64,000 nucleotides of DNA from assembly GCA_050273025.1 (NCBI GenBank), contig CP158635.1:16678001-16742000 (forward strand), given 5' to 3'. The notes beneath the pieces were generated by a model. It was not told the origin of the DNA. It searched no databases and was given only the letters and a program-made list of their open reading frames with translations. The DNA comes from Cenococcum geophilum. Taxonomy: Eukaryota. Made by a program: the position numbers and the translations under genes. Shown here one piece after another: positions 12,911 through 27,085 of the stretch; the stretch's first letter is position 1; every line of letters starts with the position of its first letter.

Positions 12911-15787
12911 GCTAGGTTCCCTTTAAAAACTACTAATTAGACTTATATAATAAGCTAATAATCTAGCTATAAGAAAAGATTACTATAACCTTAAATAACC
13001 TACTAACCTATAAAAAACTTATAGCTTATTGCCTATTATTAGACTTAGAACTAAAGCGGATTAACACCCACCCTAATTAGTAGAAGTAACTTTATAACGA
13101 TTAAAACTCGCTAGCTATACCTATAGAAGCTAAAGCAGGAAAATAGGTTGCAACTACTCTTATACTAAAGGCGGTTACAACTATATACTAGTAAGCCTCG
13201 CCTAACTAGTTACGTACTACACTATTAACTAGTATTTACTACAATACTTTAATTAACCCTACCTTAGCTATATACTATAACTGTAATAAGTAAAGTTATT
13301 TTACCTTATTCTACCTAGAGCTAAAGGATATAGGCAATATTAAGGAATAGAGAAAGGAGAAACGTCTAATAAGTTAGGAAAAGAAGAACCCAAGGAAAAG
13401 ACTCCCCCCTAGGGTACCCTATCGATCTTAAAGAGATTAGTCTTAGTTAGTTAATAGGTAAAAAGCATTTTACGGTTTTATATATAGTATCTTAAAATAA
13501 ATATAGAGTTAATATAACCGCCCTTATTAACACTAGAGTAAATAGCTTCACCTTTATAAATACTGCCTATATAAATAATGTTGCTAAGTTTCTAAATATA
13601 GAAGCCATCCGACTAGAGAAGCCTATTTAGGTAAAAGGCTATAATAGCTAAGCCGGTTAGCCTATTACCCACGTCTTAAAGTTATATATTGCTCTTAACG
13701 GACAACGCTAATATAGTATCCCCTTTTATATCCTAGACCTAAAGTCCTATAATATAATCCTTAGACGAAAATAGATATCTTATTTTAATATTTAGTTAAA
13801 TATATAATAAAGACGGTTTATTTAGCTAAAGGATAGACTAAGGTTACCCTCCTTTATTAGGGAGATCCGAACTAACCATAAGACACTAGCCGTAAGGGCT
13901 AACCTTACCTACTAGTAGGATGTCTAGGCCCGTAACCTAGCCTTTACCTAAGAAAACGCCAGCCGTAAAGCTAGAAAGAACTCTATATTAATAAAGATAC
14001 TCTCCTAAAGCGCTATATTTAAAGAGGACTTTATATATAGAAGCGGGATAGATAGTAATATAAACAACGTCTAAATTGCATAGATCTAACTAGTATAGAA
14101 AAGAACGTATTAATAGGATATAAGGGATAACCTTTAAAAGATATAATAGGAGCTAAAAGAAGTAATAATAACGCTAGTACCCTAGAAGTCCCTAAAGTTA
14201 TATACGCCCCTATTATTAGGCAACCCCCCTACCGTAAATATTACCGTAATTAGTACTATAGTGTTTTACTTTAATATATACCGGAAGGATAATAAAGTCT
14301 TTATAATAAGCCTATATAAGATTAACTAAATTATTAATAATAGAGAGGAAAGGCTAGTTAAGGAAACTAATAAGGAACTAGTTAAACGCCTCTTTTCTAC
14401 TATTTATATAAACTATAAGGATATATTCTTAAAGGCGGCCTTAGATAAGTTACCCCCCTACTAGATATATAATTATAAGATTTAATTAAAAGCTAATAAC
14501 TCGCTAGGCTATAGCCCCCTCTACTATTAATTAATGGATAAGCTAAAAGTAATAAAGTAGTACTTAATTAATAACCTGGATAAAGGGTTTATTAAGCTAA
14601 GTTAAGCCCCTTTTACTTCCCCTATTTTATTTATAAAAAAGCCTAATAGAGGCCTTTATTTTTATATTAACTATTAAAAGCTAAACGCTATTACTTAAAA
14701 GGACTAGTATCCTATTCCTTTAATTAACAAAACCCTTATATATCTAAGCTAGGCAAAGATCTTTACTAAACTTAATATCCGCTAAGCTTTCCACTAAATT
14801 AGGATAGACCCTACATCTAAAGATTTAATAATATTCCGTATCCGTTATAGTTCCTATAAATATAAAGTTCTTTCTTTTAAACTAATAAATAGACTAGCTA
14901 TATACTAAAGGTATATAAATAACGTTTTTTTTAATTACCTTAATAAATTCTATACGGTATACCTAGACGATATTCTTATATACTTAGATAATAAACTTAA
15001 GTATTAAGTTTATATTAAGAAGGTTTTAAAGAAACTACGGAACGCGGGCTTATAAGTTAATATTAAGAAATATAAGTTTGGGGTAAAATATATAAAATAC
15101 TTTAGGTTTATTATAACTACAGAAGGAATTAAGGTTAACCCTAAGAAGGTAAAGGCAATCTATAACTAAAAGCCCCCTTATATAGTAAAGGGAATCTAGT
15201 CCTTTCTTAGTTTTTATAACTTCTACTACCGGTTTATCCGTAACTATGGAATTATAGTAAAACCTCTTATATAACTAATTAGGAAGGACACGCCTTTTAT
15301 CTTTAATAATAGCTATATAAAAGCCTTTAAAGAGATAAAGGATCGGCTTATTTATTTTCTAATCCTTTATTACTATAACCTAGATCTTAAATTAATACTA
15401 AAAACGGATGCCTCTAATAGGGTTATAGCGGGAATCCTATTATAGTTATATCTAGACAGCGAATAGTACCCTATTGCTTTCTTCTTAAAGATAATAAACT
15501 CGGCTAAGTATAACTATAAAGTATATAATAAAGAAATACTAGCTATTATTTAATTACTCTCCTAATAATGTGTAAAGCTTAAAGGTATAAACTCTTAGAT
15601 TAAAATATATATAGATTATAAAGCCCTAAAGTACTTTATAACTATAAAGCAGCTTATTAAATAATAAGCCTAATAGGCTAAAATACTCTTCTAATTCTTT
15701 TTTATAATTATATGTTATTCTAATAAGCAAAACTTTAAGGCTAATACCTTAACCTAAAGAGAATAAAATATAAGACCCTAGGATAAG

Positions 15788-18700
15788 TGTAACGGAACCT
15801 TGTAGCAGGAACTACAATGGGTTCTGTTAATGGGCTAGGTGTATAGGAAATGCAAAGATAGTAGTTAACAACGTAATAACAACTGGTGGAGTGGTTGCCC
15901 AATAGATTAACTCTAATTATATTCTAAGAATTACTATAAGGAAGGAACTATCTAGGTAGGGATTAAAGGTCCTTAAATATATAACCGTACTCCTATAAAA
16001 TCCTTCTTATACGTAATATATGTCTTATACGTAAGGTACGTAAGTTCCCTCCATTCCTCTTGTTCCTCTTATAGCACCTTATATAACCTTAGCTACTATT
16101 CCTCATTATATAGTTCTACGGGTTCTATCCTAGACTATACTTATATTAACTAACTAGCTTCTTCTAACTCCTCTTTAAGTAGTTATAATATTATACTTAA
16201 AGCGTCCATAACACTATCTCCCTCCTCTTTATCTTTGTCCTTAAAGATACCTAGCATCTCTAAGTCGTTTACTAGAGGTATAATATCCGTTTAATTAATT
16301 TGGTTAATATTATTACTTATAATACCTAAAGCCTCTTCTTCTTTATACGCGCAACGTTGTGCTCGCACTATTGCTGTAATATTGTTACTTAGTAAAATAA
16401 TGCCATCTCTATATTCTTATTGCTTAAAGGAGGGGTTGGTGTGTATCGCGTTAGCGAGCCCTTCGTCTCGGCAACCCTCCTCTTATTTAGAGTGCACTAA
16501 AGCGAACGTTTAATTGTCTTGCGATATTCGTTCTACTTCTAACGCTAAGTATACGCGTCCTATAACTCTTAATAGTCTTTAAGTTCCCTAAGTAATTCGT
16601 TATAGGGTCTTGTGTTTAATCTGCTGCTGCGAAGCTCAATAGTGACCTAGCGTAGGCCCTTGCTAAGCTTAAGCGTTCTTAGGATGCGGAATAGAAGGCC
16701 CTAAATGCTCGCATTGCGGCGTCTGCTCGTCTGCTTCGTCTTAAAAAGGTATATAAGAAGGTTCGTTTTAAGGAGTGGAAACTTATAAAATAAGGTCTGC
16801 AGGAACTTAGTGATAAAAGAACGGATTCTCTTCTAATAGAGAAGGAAATAACTCCGAGTAGTTCGGCAGTTGCTCTTCCTAGGTCCCCCTTAGGTGGCTC
16901 GTTCTTTAGTAATTTCTCTTTATTAATGTTACCTGACCTTTTCTCTTTTAATACTCCTATACCTTTCCTATAGCGTTTTTTAGATTCTTTAGTGGCTCCT
17001 AAGTAGTCTCGTCGTAGCCTGTCTACTTTATTTTATACTATATTTTATTATTAATATCCTTATAACTAATAATCTTTAAAACTTACTATTTGTTTTCTTC
17101 CTATCTTCTATATATGTCTGCTTTATAGACCAGTGGCTTAACATTTCCGTATACTGGCTTTAGCATTGCGATATGTTATATAGGGTAGATCTTTATTCTA
17201 GCTAGTAGGTTTAACTTAAATATAACTAGTGAAATTCTCTATATAATTTTAAAAGGTCCTAGTCTAACGTGGTCTAACTTCTTGCTTAGTTATTAACTTT
17301 TAAAATTTTTGTATAGTAGCTATACTTTATCTCCCTCCTTAAGATCTAGTCCCTTAGATCTCTTAGCATTATAGTACTTTTTTATTCTTTACTGTACCAC
17401 CTTAGCTGTTTCCGTGAGGTTTATATAAAGATTTATTAAAGTCTCTATTCTCTATTTAGCTCTATTACTCGTTTTCTTTACTTAATATAGTAATAATAAT
17501 GTTCTTGGCTTATATCTATAATTCGCCTTAAATAGTAACGTACCTATTCCTTTTTATAGTGTTATATTGTATGCAAACTATATAATTAGTAATAGTGATA
17601 CCTAATTGTTCTGTGCGTAATTAATATAATGCCTTAAATACTATTCTAGTGTCTAGTTTAATCTTTCCATTTAACTATCTGTCTGTGGATAATATACGGT
17701 AGAAGTTACTGCTTAAACTTCTTATTCCGCTAAGAATACCTCCTAAAATGCTACTACGAATCTTAGATCTCTATCCAATATAATTTTATTTAATGCTCCG
17801 TGTTTTGCAAATACTTCTTTAATATAAATTCTAGCAATATCTCCTACTAAGATTTCTTCTATACAGGCTATAAAGTATCCCTACTTTATAAGCTTGTCTA
17901 CTATTACTAAGATTACGTTATAATCTTATTTAGTAATAGGATCTCTTAACTTTAGTAACTTAATAATAAAGTCCTATAATATAACCTCCTATAGTCTTTC
18001 TGGTGTTTTAATAGGTTATAGCCCTCTATATAGCTTATACCTCGTTAGTTTATTCCTTTAGCAATCTAGATATTCTTTAATAACTTTTCTGGCTATCCTC
18101 TAAATTCCGTTAATAATATACTCCTCTTAGAGTCTTAACACTAAGCCCGTGGCTCTATTATGTCCTTAAGTTAGTCCCTTATAGAAGTCCTCTATAAACT
18201 ACTTTGCTATACTTCTTAGGATATACCTTACTTTTTAATTTTTGTATATGTCCGACTGTGGATCTTCTAGCTATACTTCTAGAATTCTTTATATTTAAAA
18301 GCTTTCTGGTGTCTTATAGACTTTCTTTAACTTATTCTCTTAAGTTACTATAATCTTTGGATAATTATACCTAATTAATCCGTTTATATCTTTTTGTAGT
18401 AAAGCCCCTAATGGCTTATCGTTATTTTATAGTTTAGCCTTTTAACTTAACACATTAGCTTGCGTGTTATCTGTACCCTTGGTATACTAAATCTTAAAAT
18501 AGTATTTTATAAGCATCTCTGCCTATTTAACCTGCCTTTAGTTAAGTTCCTTTATTATTAGGAATCCTATTAGGTTCTTATAATCTATTTTAACTATAAA
18601 TAGTTTTTTTATGCCTTATAAGAATGCTCTCTATTCCTTTAGTACTGTAACTATACCTAATAACTCCTTATTATAGATATTATAGTTTAACTCTAGTGGT

Positions 18701-21700
18701 ATTATCTTTTAACTATAATATGCCACTAGATGCTATTTATCTGGATGCTTTTATATAAAGCATGCTCCTAGTGTAAAGTCTAATATATCTATTTCTATAA
18801 CCGTCTCTAGTCCTAATTAATAGATTTTAAGAACTGGCTCCTAAGTAAACAACTCTTTAACTTTCTTAAAGAGTTCTTACTATTCCTCTCCTTATACCTA
18901 TAGTTCTTCTTTCTTTATTAACCGCGTAAATGGTTTAATATTCTTTAACTATTACGCTATAAACCTTCTATAGTAATTGTAAAACCCTAGGAATGATTTT
19001 AATTGCGTAATATTCTCTAGTTTTTGCCAATTCACTATAGCCTTAATCTTCTTTAGATCTATGCTAAGTTGGCCTAGTTTAATAATAAATTTAACGAAAT
19101 TAGTCTTCCTAGTGAAGAACTCGCATTTCTTAATTGCTACTAGCATCTGTTCTTCCTATAGTCTCTTTAAGACCTACTTAACGTATTCTCCGTACTCTTC
19201 CTCGTTTATTAAGTAGATAATAATATTATTAAGGTATACTATAACAAATTTATCTAAATGTTTTCCTAATATATTGTTAATATGCTTTTAGAATGTTGCT
19301 AGTACGTTTATAAGCCTAAATTGTATAACTAATAGTTTATACAGTCCTTCCTTTAACCTAAAGGCTGCCTTTTATTTGTCGCCTTCCTTAATCCTAATCT
19401 AGTAGTACGCCTATCTTAGATCTATCTTTATAAAGATTTACGCATTGCCTATCCTATCTTAGATTTCGCTAATTAAAGGTAAAGGATACCTATCCTTCCT
19501 AGTAATGCTGTTTAACTGTCTATAGTTAATATACAGCCTTAGTTTGCTATTCTTTTTTGGTACGAATAGTACTAAATAACCTGCTAATAACTGTAATGGT
19601 CTAATATATCCTTTTTATAGATTTTTTTGGACAAACTCTTTTAATGCTCTACTTTCTTTCTTAGTAAGCTTATAGATTAGAAAGAACCTTAGATTTATTC
19701 CTAGTTCTAATTCTATTTTATAGTTTTATACTATATACTTTAATAGCTTTTCGCTCTTAAGTAACTATAGTTTCTTACTATACTTATGGTATCTTTTTAG
19801 TATATGGCTTAGCCCTTTTTCCGTTTCTTTGTAGGTCGCTCCTACTTAGTACTATACTAACTTGGCTTATTATCGCATCTTATAGCGTTATATATCTCTA
19901 ATATTAACTTAACCTATAACCTAATTGATTTTTAAATTATATTTCTATAACTAAGGCATTCCTAATACTGCCTTATTATTCCCTAATGGTAATATATTAA
20001 AAGACATCTCAACTTATTTTCCTTTAATAGTTAACTAAATAGGTCCTGTTTTAAGATTAATAATACCTCCTCCGTAGGCTATTGGATCTCCTAAAATTAT
20101 TACTAATAAGTAAGGACATTCCTTCTATCTGTGTAGTAACCCCATTCTTTTAACTGCTGCTGGTAAGATATGGTTCCTTATTGCTCTACTATCTATTAAT
20201 GCCTTAAACTATTAATCTTGCCACTTAATTCGTAAATTTAGGTGTCGTCCTTAAATTCCTTTAAGGGTCTGAGGCTCTACTACTAGCTTCCTCTGGTTCT
20301 ATAGGCCTCTACTTTTCCTAACTACTAGCTACTAGATCCTATCTATACCTAGTCTAACTTAGGCCAATACTTAGTTCGCTTTTTGTCTTCTATATACTAT
20401 AAATAGGTATTCTCTAAACATTCCCACTATTGTTGTTTATCTAGGCATTCTTCCGTAAGGAATCTTCCTGGTTAAAGTATTAAGTCCCCTTATTCTTAAA
20501 CTTCCACTAAGTGCCAACTATATATATATTTAGCGTTTTAATACTTTACCTCGTCCGTTATCTAATACATCCTTATTAGATACTTTTAATTTTTATTCTT
20601 TAGTGCTTTATATATATTGCACGTATTATCCACGTATATTATCTATAATAGTGTATAATATACTTAATATTTTAGGTTAACTCTCGGTTTGTCTTCGTCC
20701 TAGAGTTTAAACCTTTCTTATATTAATCTAAGCGTTGCAACTTCGTTCGCGGGTACTAAGATTCACCTTTCATTTCTTTAGTCCTCTAATTACTCCTTTA
20801 GATCTTTTAATATTATAATTAAGGCCCCCTTAATATAAGTTATAGCCTTTCCTATAATTGGGTGGTCTTAGACAACTTTTTCGTCCAGCTATATATAGAA
20901 ATCCTCCTACTTATCATTGTGTCGTTGCCTATACTACTTTTGGTACAGCTGCTTAAGTATATACGGCTCGTCCGTAAGGAAATATCTCTTTATTACTACA
21001 TCATAATAGCCCTTAGTATGTTGTTCCTCGAACCTAGTAGGAATCCCTAGATCCTCTTCTTATTCCAGTTTAGTAAGCCACTTAGCTCTTAGTATACCTA
21101 TTCTAGGCCTATTAGTAATCCTTTATACTAGCGCTCTATCCCTTATACGTCCCAATATACTAGATCTCTTATCTAGTTTCTGTTCTTGCCATAAGGTAAT
21201 TCTTGCCCTAAATTCCTCCATGGTTTTTTTTACGTCGCGTCTTACAAGTAGATCCTTAAAGTCTTCGTACTTCTTAATCTTAGTATTAGTTTTTTAATCT
21301 TTAGGCTAAATACTATATTCCCCTAGTAAGTCCTCTAGGTCTATATATCTGTCTCCCAATCTAATTGCTATTTACGCTACAGATTCTTTAATCTATAAAG
21401 AAGCCTCTTGCCTCTTGCTTATGGATGTCCTAATTTATACTCTAAATTCTTAACTCCTTAGATTCTTTAATCCTAAGCTTACTTCTAACTTAAGCTTAGC
21501 TCCAGCCTTTATTTAACTAGGCTTAATTAGTATCCTTATCTTATCTTAAGAGTCCTAGATCTTACTTATCTCATCTTAAGAGTCTTATGCTGTTAGGAAT
21601 TCTTATCCCAAGCTTATTTATATATCTTTAAATTAAGCTACTACTCTACTTTATCGGTTTCTGTCTATTATAGGTCTTTAAGCTTACCTTATCTTATCTT

Positions 21701-23819
21701 AAGAATCTTGGTTATCTCTTATCTTACTATAAGAATCTTAAGCCTTTAGCCTTTTACCTTTATTAAGTAGTAAGCTAGCACTAGCAGTTGTCTGCTTACT
21801 TAATTGTCTCTAAATATTACTCCTTCCGTCTTATAAAGCGATAGATGCCATATCTAATGGTGTTATAATACTCGTTACTAAACTATACTCTATGGTGGTC
21901 TTAGTCTCTACTTCTATTACGTTATTAAGGTTTAAATACCCCTAGTTAGTTTCTTTACTATCCTTATTGCTATTAATTAATAAGTACTCTAACTTTATTA
22001 TTATTATTGCTAATTATTATCCGCACGTTATTATAATATCTTAATCTAGCTTATAGAGTTGATCTTATTCTTTATCTAACTCTTTGGTTCCTCTAAGTCC
22101 TTTTAACTCTAGCTCTTATAGCTAATAGCTTACACTATACTTAGCGTCTTTATAAATTCGGTATATGTTATTATAACAAAACGTAAAACTTTTAATTAAA
22201 CACTCTTTTGTTCCTCGCAGTATACTATTATCCCTCTATACGTATATATTATGTGCTGTTAGTCTAGTTCCCTTTATTATATAGTAACTCTAACTATCTT
22301 TATAATCCCTCGCGAAGTAACCTTGTTTTCTACAATTTATATAAGCTCTATCTCTAAACCATTAACTTTATTATAGAGTCCGCCTAAACATCTTCTGCTA
22401 TTAAGATCCTTGGTTTAGCCTCTACTCTTTGGTCCTATAATTACTAGATCCTTAACCTTTGGGTTTCTATAGTTTTTTACTCCATCTCTTATAGGCTTCT
22501 TTAGTACCACTTAGGTTTATTAGCTTTACACCATACCATAGTTTCTAACTTAGCTTTAGTTGTTGCGTACTTTACGCCTTATATAACTATGGAACTCTAT
22601 CCTAGCCTCTTTTAGCCTATTCCCTTTAGAAGATCTTATTGTTAATCTTAATCGCTTAATTTATTAATTCCCTTAGGGTGTCCGCATCTTCCATTAGAAT
22701 AATTACGTCCTAGACTTTAGCCTTAAGTCCTTATTTATACTATGTTATAAGCGCCTTATTGTTCCACTCGACTTATATTATAAGTATTTAAAACTATATT
22801 ATATACTCAATTACTAAAGTTCGCTATATTAGGTCCTAAAGCTTTTTTTTTGCTATAGTTGTTGCTTTTAGGTCCCTAAATATCTATATTAATTATTCCG
22901 CGAATTTTACCTAGCTAGAAAACACAAATCGTACCTCTTAATTAGTAGTAGTTATTCTGTTAGTTTGTATTTCTATTAAGTAGGGTTTAAACCATTTAAG
23001 TGCCTAACCTATTAGGAATAGTCCTGCGTAGGCTATCTAGTCTATTATTATGGCTAACTTGGCCCCTTTTTATATAACTTTAAAATGCATTTACGTTAGA
23101 AATCCTTTAAGCTTTAATCTCTCTCCTAAGAATTGTTTAATTAAAGGTAACTTAACCTTCGCTGCTCTAATCCCGTTAAGTCTATTCTTAAGTATCGCGT
23201 TATTTTCTGTTAATTAATCCACTATTTCTTATAATTATCCTACTATTATAGGTTATTGCGAGTTAGTGTCCGCCATACTAGTATCACCCCCTAACCTTAA
23301 AGTAGTTGCCGCCGTTAATAGCGTTATAGTAGCTGCTTTTAGTGGCATGTTATTTAACTTTTTATATTTAATACTATAACTAGGTAGTAATTGTGTAACA
23401 AAACCTTATAGTAGGAACTACGATGGGTTCTGTTAATGGGCTAGGTATATAGGAAATATAAAGATAGTAGTTAACAACGTAATAACAACTAGTGGAGTAG
23501 TTGCCTAATAGATTAACTCTAATTATATTCTGAGAATTACTATAAGGAAGGAACTATCTAGGTAGGGACTAAAGGTCCTTAAATATATAACCGTACTTCT
23601 ATGAAATCCTTCTTATACGTAATGTACGTCTTATACATAAGGTACGTCAGTTCCCTCTGTTTCTCTTATTCCTCTTATAGCACCTTATGTAACCTTAGCT
23701 ACTATTCCTTATTATATAGTTCTACGGGTTCCATCCTAGACCGTGCTTATATCAACCAACTAGCTTCTTCCAACTCCTCTTTAAGTAGTCGTAACATTGT
23801 ACTTAAAGCGTCCGTAACA
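15788..23819 (-). mobile_element. Gypsy family A, copy A3, full length
   Basis: LTRs 15788-16213 and 23394-23819 (426 bp each). 5-bp TSD ATAAG at 15783-15787 and 23820-23824. The track ORF 18952-19146 is a surviving RT fragment. Confidence 0.97.
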
Positions 23820-24477
23820 ATAAGTTAAAGACCTAATATTAGACGCGCGCCCTCCTCTATTTAGAATAGCTTAACTTACAAATCCTTAAGGAGCTAGACC
23901 CCTAGTAAAACGAGCTAGTACTAATAGAGGAGTCCTTAAATAAGCTAATAGGGCTAATTAACCGCCTTCTAACTGCAAACTACATGGTTAACGCCTTAAG
24001 GGCTCTTCGTAAATAAGTAGTAAAAGGAAACCCCAATTTTAAAACGGAGGAAGGATTGCTCCTATACTAGGAGCGGCTTATAGTCCCTAATATTAATAAT
24101 CTATAGACTAAACTAATCCGTAAAGCTTATTGCTAAGTCTCTATAGTATACCCTAGTAAAAATAAGACCTATAAAATTATTAACTACTACTACTACTAGC
24201 CGAGAATAGTTGCGGATATTAATTAATATATATAGAACTGCGAAGATTACTAGAAAGCTATAATCCTATAGAATAAGACCCTAGGACTACTTAAGCCACT
24301 CCTAATACTAGAGCGCCCTTAGTAGTATATCTTTATAAACTTTTATAAACTACCTAGGGACCGTAACGGATATAATATAGTTATAGTTATAGTTAACCGC
24401 TTTAGTAAACGCCCGTTCTTAATTCCCTATTATAAAAACATTAATACTAAAGAGGCAGCCTAGCTATATATCTATTA

Positions 24478-25640
24478 TGGAAAAAGAACACTAAAATCGA
24501 GATCCGACCCATACTGTCCTATAGGGGCTCTTTTCCGTCTTATCTTGTCTGTACGGTCAAGCTAAGAGTAAGGATCTCGTCTGTTACTAATACAGCGACG
24601 TTATGTCGCAGCTATAGGGCGCTTTCGAATGCGTCGCCCTCGACGCCGTTAGAATAGCAGAGTTTTCGCAGGTCTTGGCGCCAAGACCTAGTCAACAATA
24701 CGGGTAAGACGACTCTATAAAATTGACCTTTGTACCTCCATGCGGTAGAGCCCAGGAACCTAGTATACAGCTATTGGCGTTCTATCTAGATTGTGCTAAT
24801 AGACTACTAAAGCAAACGTAGAGACGTGTATACGGCTACGTAGCGCCGGCGCTGCGACGTAGTAGTGTAAAGAAGTTTTTACTGGGAGGGTGAGCCCTAG
24901 CGGAAGCCTATAAGTTTTACTATGTCTTTACGTATTCGTTCCGGTATACCTAAAGCACGGCTTTAAATGGCGTCCCCCCTCTACCTCCTATATAAATACC
25001 TACACGACTAAACGAGCCGCATGCGGCAACCGATAAGCCGCGAACAGCGACTAAATAAGCCGTGTACGGCGACCGACCGAACCTTATACGCCCTAGGAAG
25101 TCTATAATGAGCCTCTTATTCCCCACTCTATCTAACGGCCTAGACTTACCTATATGGTATTTTGTCTCCCTCTATGTTTTAAAAACTAGCTAGGTGTAGG
25201 TAATAGGATATAGGGGACCTAGGTTGGGGCCCTAGGATAAAACACCTAGTTATATTTGTCCCGCTGTTCCTTTAAGGTGGAAATTATGCTATAAGTAGGA
25301 GGACTAAGGCGTATATATGCTAGGGTATTTGGAGAGGAGCGAAAGGGTAGGATTATACTATTTTCACGGTAATTATTATTATAAATCTATCAGGAAGCAT
25401 GGTACAAAAGGTAGATAGGGCAAGATAGGCAATCAGGACACCCCTATACGGGGGTCTCAGAGCAGCGACCTAAAGGTATTTTTCCTCCCGTTAACGTAGT
25501 ACGGGCGTGCTACTTAGAGGGGTGCACTCTGTATTACCACTTATATTCGCCTTAGAGGTTTTTTATATCTATATTACGGTAGTAGTTTATATAGACCTTA
25601 ATTAGGACCGCATCAGACGTTAAATAAGAATCAATAATAA
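24478..25640 (+). mobile_element. Non-autonomous non-LTR retroposon (SINE-like or LINE-mobilised chimera), ~1.16 kb
   Basis: Interrupts the B integrase. 13-bp TSD TATATATCTATTA at 24465-24477 and 25641-25653. 3' end CAGACGTTAAATAAGAATCAATAATAA. No LTR or TIR, no recognisable RT. More GC-rich than its flanks. Confidence 0.75.
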
Positions 25641-26664
25641 TATATATCTATTACGTTTACTAAATCTATAGACTACTAGATACTATTATATCTAATTATA
25701 GGCTATAGTTTATATCGGCCTTTTAGAATAAGTTTACCTAAATCCTAGGCATTAAGCTAAAGCTTTCTATAGCTTACTACCCCTAAATAGACGGTTAGAT
25801 AGAGATTATAAATTAGTACCTAGACTAGAGGCTTAGGCCCTTTATTAACTATTTCTAAAACAACTAGTCTAAACTACTACCCTTAATAGACTACGCGCAA
25901 GTAACCCTACCCTATAACTCTATAGGATTTGCCCCAATTTAGCTAGAAATAGGATACTTACCCCATATAAGCTTTAACTAAAAAAGGCTAGAAAAACCCT
26001 AGACTATATAAGAGAAGCTATCCTATGCTAAGGCCTAATAGTACGCTAAATAATTAGAGGAGGCCTAGACGGTAGCCCGCAAGAACCTAAAAAAAGCTTA
26101 GAGGTTAATAGAATAGCAGGCAAACAAACACTATTAAGAGCCTAATTTTGCCCCTAGCGATATAGTCTAGGTTACTATAAGAAATTAGAAAACTAAACGA
26201 CCCAGCTATAAGCTAGACTACTAGATAGTAGGACTATATAAGGTTTTAAAAAAGATAGGTAACTTATATAAGATAAAGCTCCTAGATTTAATTAGGGTTT
26301 ACCCTATTTTCTTACTAGATAAGTTACGGAAAGCTATAAATAACCTATTACCTAAACAAAAGAATAAGCCTCCCCTACCAGTTTAAGTAAACAATAATAA
26401 TAAATAGGAGGTTAATAAAAGATTAGCCTATAAGATAGTACGGGAAACGCTAAAATACCATATCTAATAAAAGGGCTATAACCCTAACCTAACCTAGTAC
26501 CCTACGTGGAACTTTATAGGCTACCCCTAGAAGCTTAAAGAATTTTATAATTAATACCCTAATACGCCTAGACCCCTAAAGTACCTAGATAAATAGATAG
26601 AATGTTAGTATAATAAAGATAATAAGTTACCGGAAGAATATAGGGATAAAAACGCCCCAAAGCC

Positions 26665-27085
26665 TGTAACGTTTCCCGCCCCAACGTCGCCATTCGGCCA
26701 AAAAGACACGGAGTGCTTGCGAACTTGTTCGCAAGCGCGGCGGGATCTAATATATGTACTCTTACAATTGCCCTCCCCTCTGCGCGTTCGTCCTCGAACG
26801 CTAAGCCGCAGGGGGTCCGCATATAAAGAGTCGCACTATATATTAGGAGTCCCCAGTAACATAAGCAATTGGAATCTTTACCGACGCCTTATCGCACAGA
26901 TGCGCGTTAGACTGTACTAGAGCAAAGTAACCGATAGGGATCGAACCCACAACACCTAGCCCCAGTAAGTTCGCAAGCATAATTGTAACGTTTCCCGCCC
27001 TAACGTCGCCATTTGGCCAAAAAGACACGGAGTGCTTGCGAACTTATTCGCAAGCGCGGCGGGATCTAATATATGTACTCTTATA
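26665..27085 (-). mobile_element. TRIM (miniature non-autonomous LTR retrotransposon) copy 1, 421 bp
   Basis: 102-bp direct repeats at 26665-26766 and 26984-27085 with TG..CA ends (one RIPed). TSD AAGCC at 26660-26664 and 27086-27090. PPT on the minus strand ~26771-26781. Confidence 0.95.

Noticed and set aside
18952..19146. 64-aa ORF as a functional CDS
   Set aside because: Fragment of the RIP-killed RT of A3.
23601..23828. 75-aa ORF in the A3 LTR
   Set aside because: Antisense shadow of the ORF3/U3 region; depends on one U3 variant and crosses the element boundary.
26568..27028. Overlapping ORFs in the TRIMs (also 53435-53629)
   Set aside because: Open because of higher GC and low RIP; most run across element boundaries and their starts are not conserved between copies.
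26665..27085. Retrozyme, hammerhead or 5S-bearing (Cassandra) element
   Set aside because: No CUGANGA/GAAA core or 5S similarity recognisable by eye; an Infernal search would be needed to exclude these fully.
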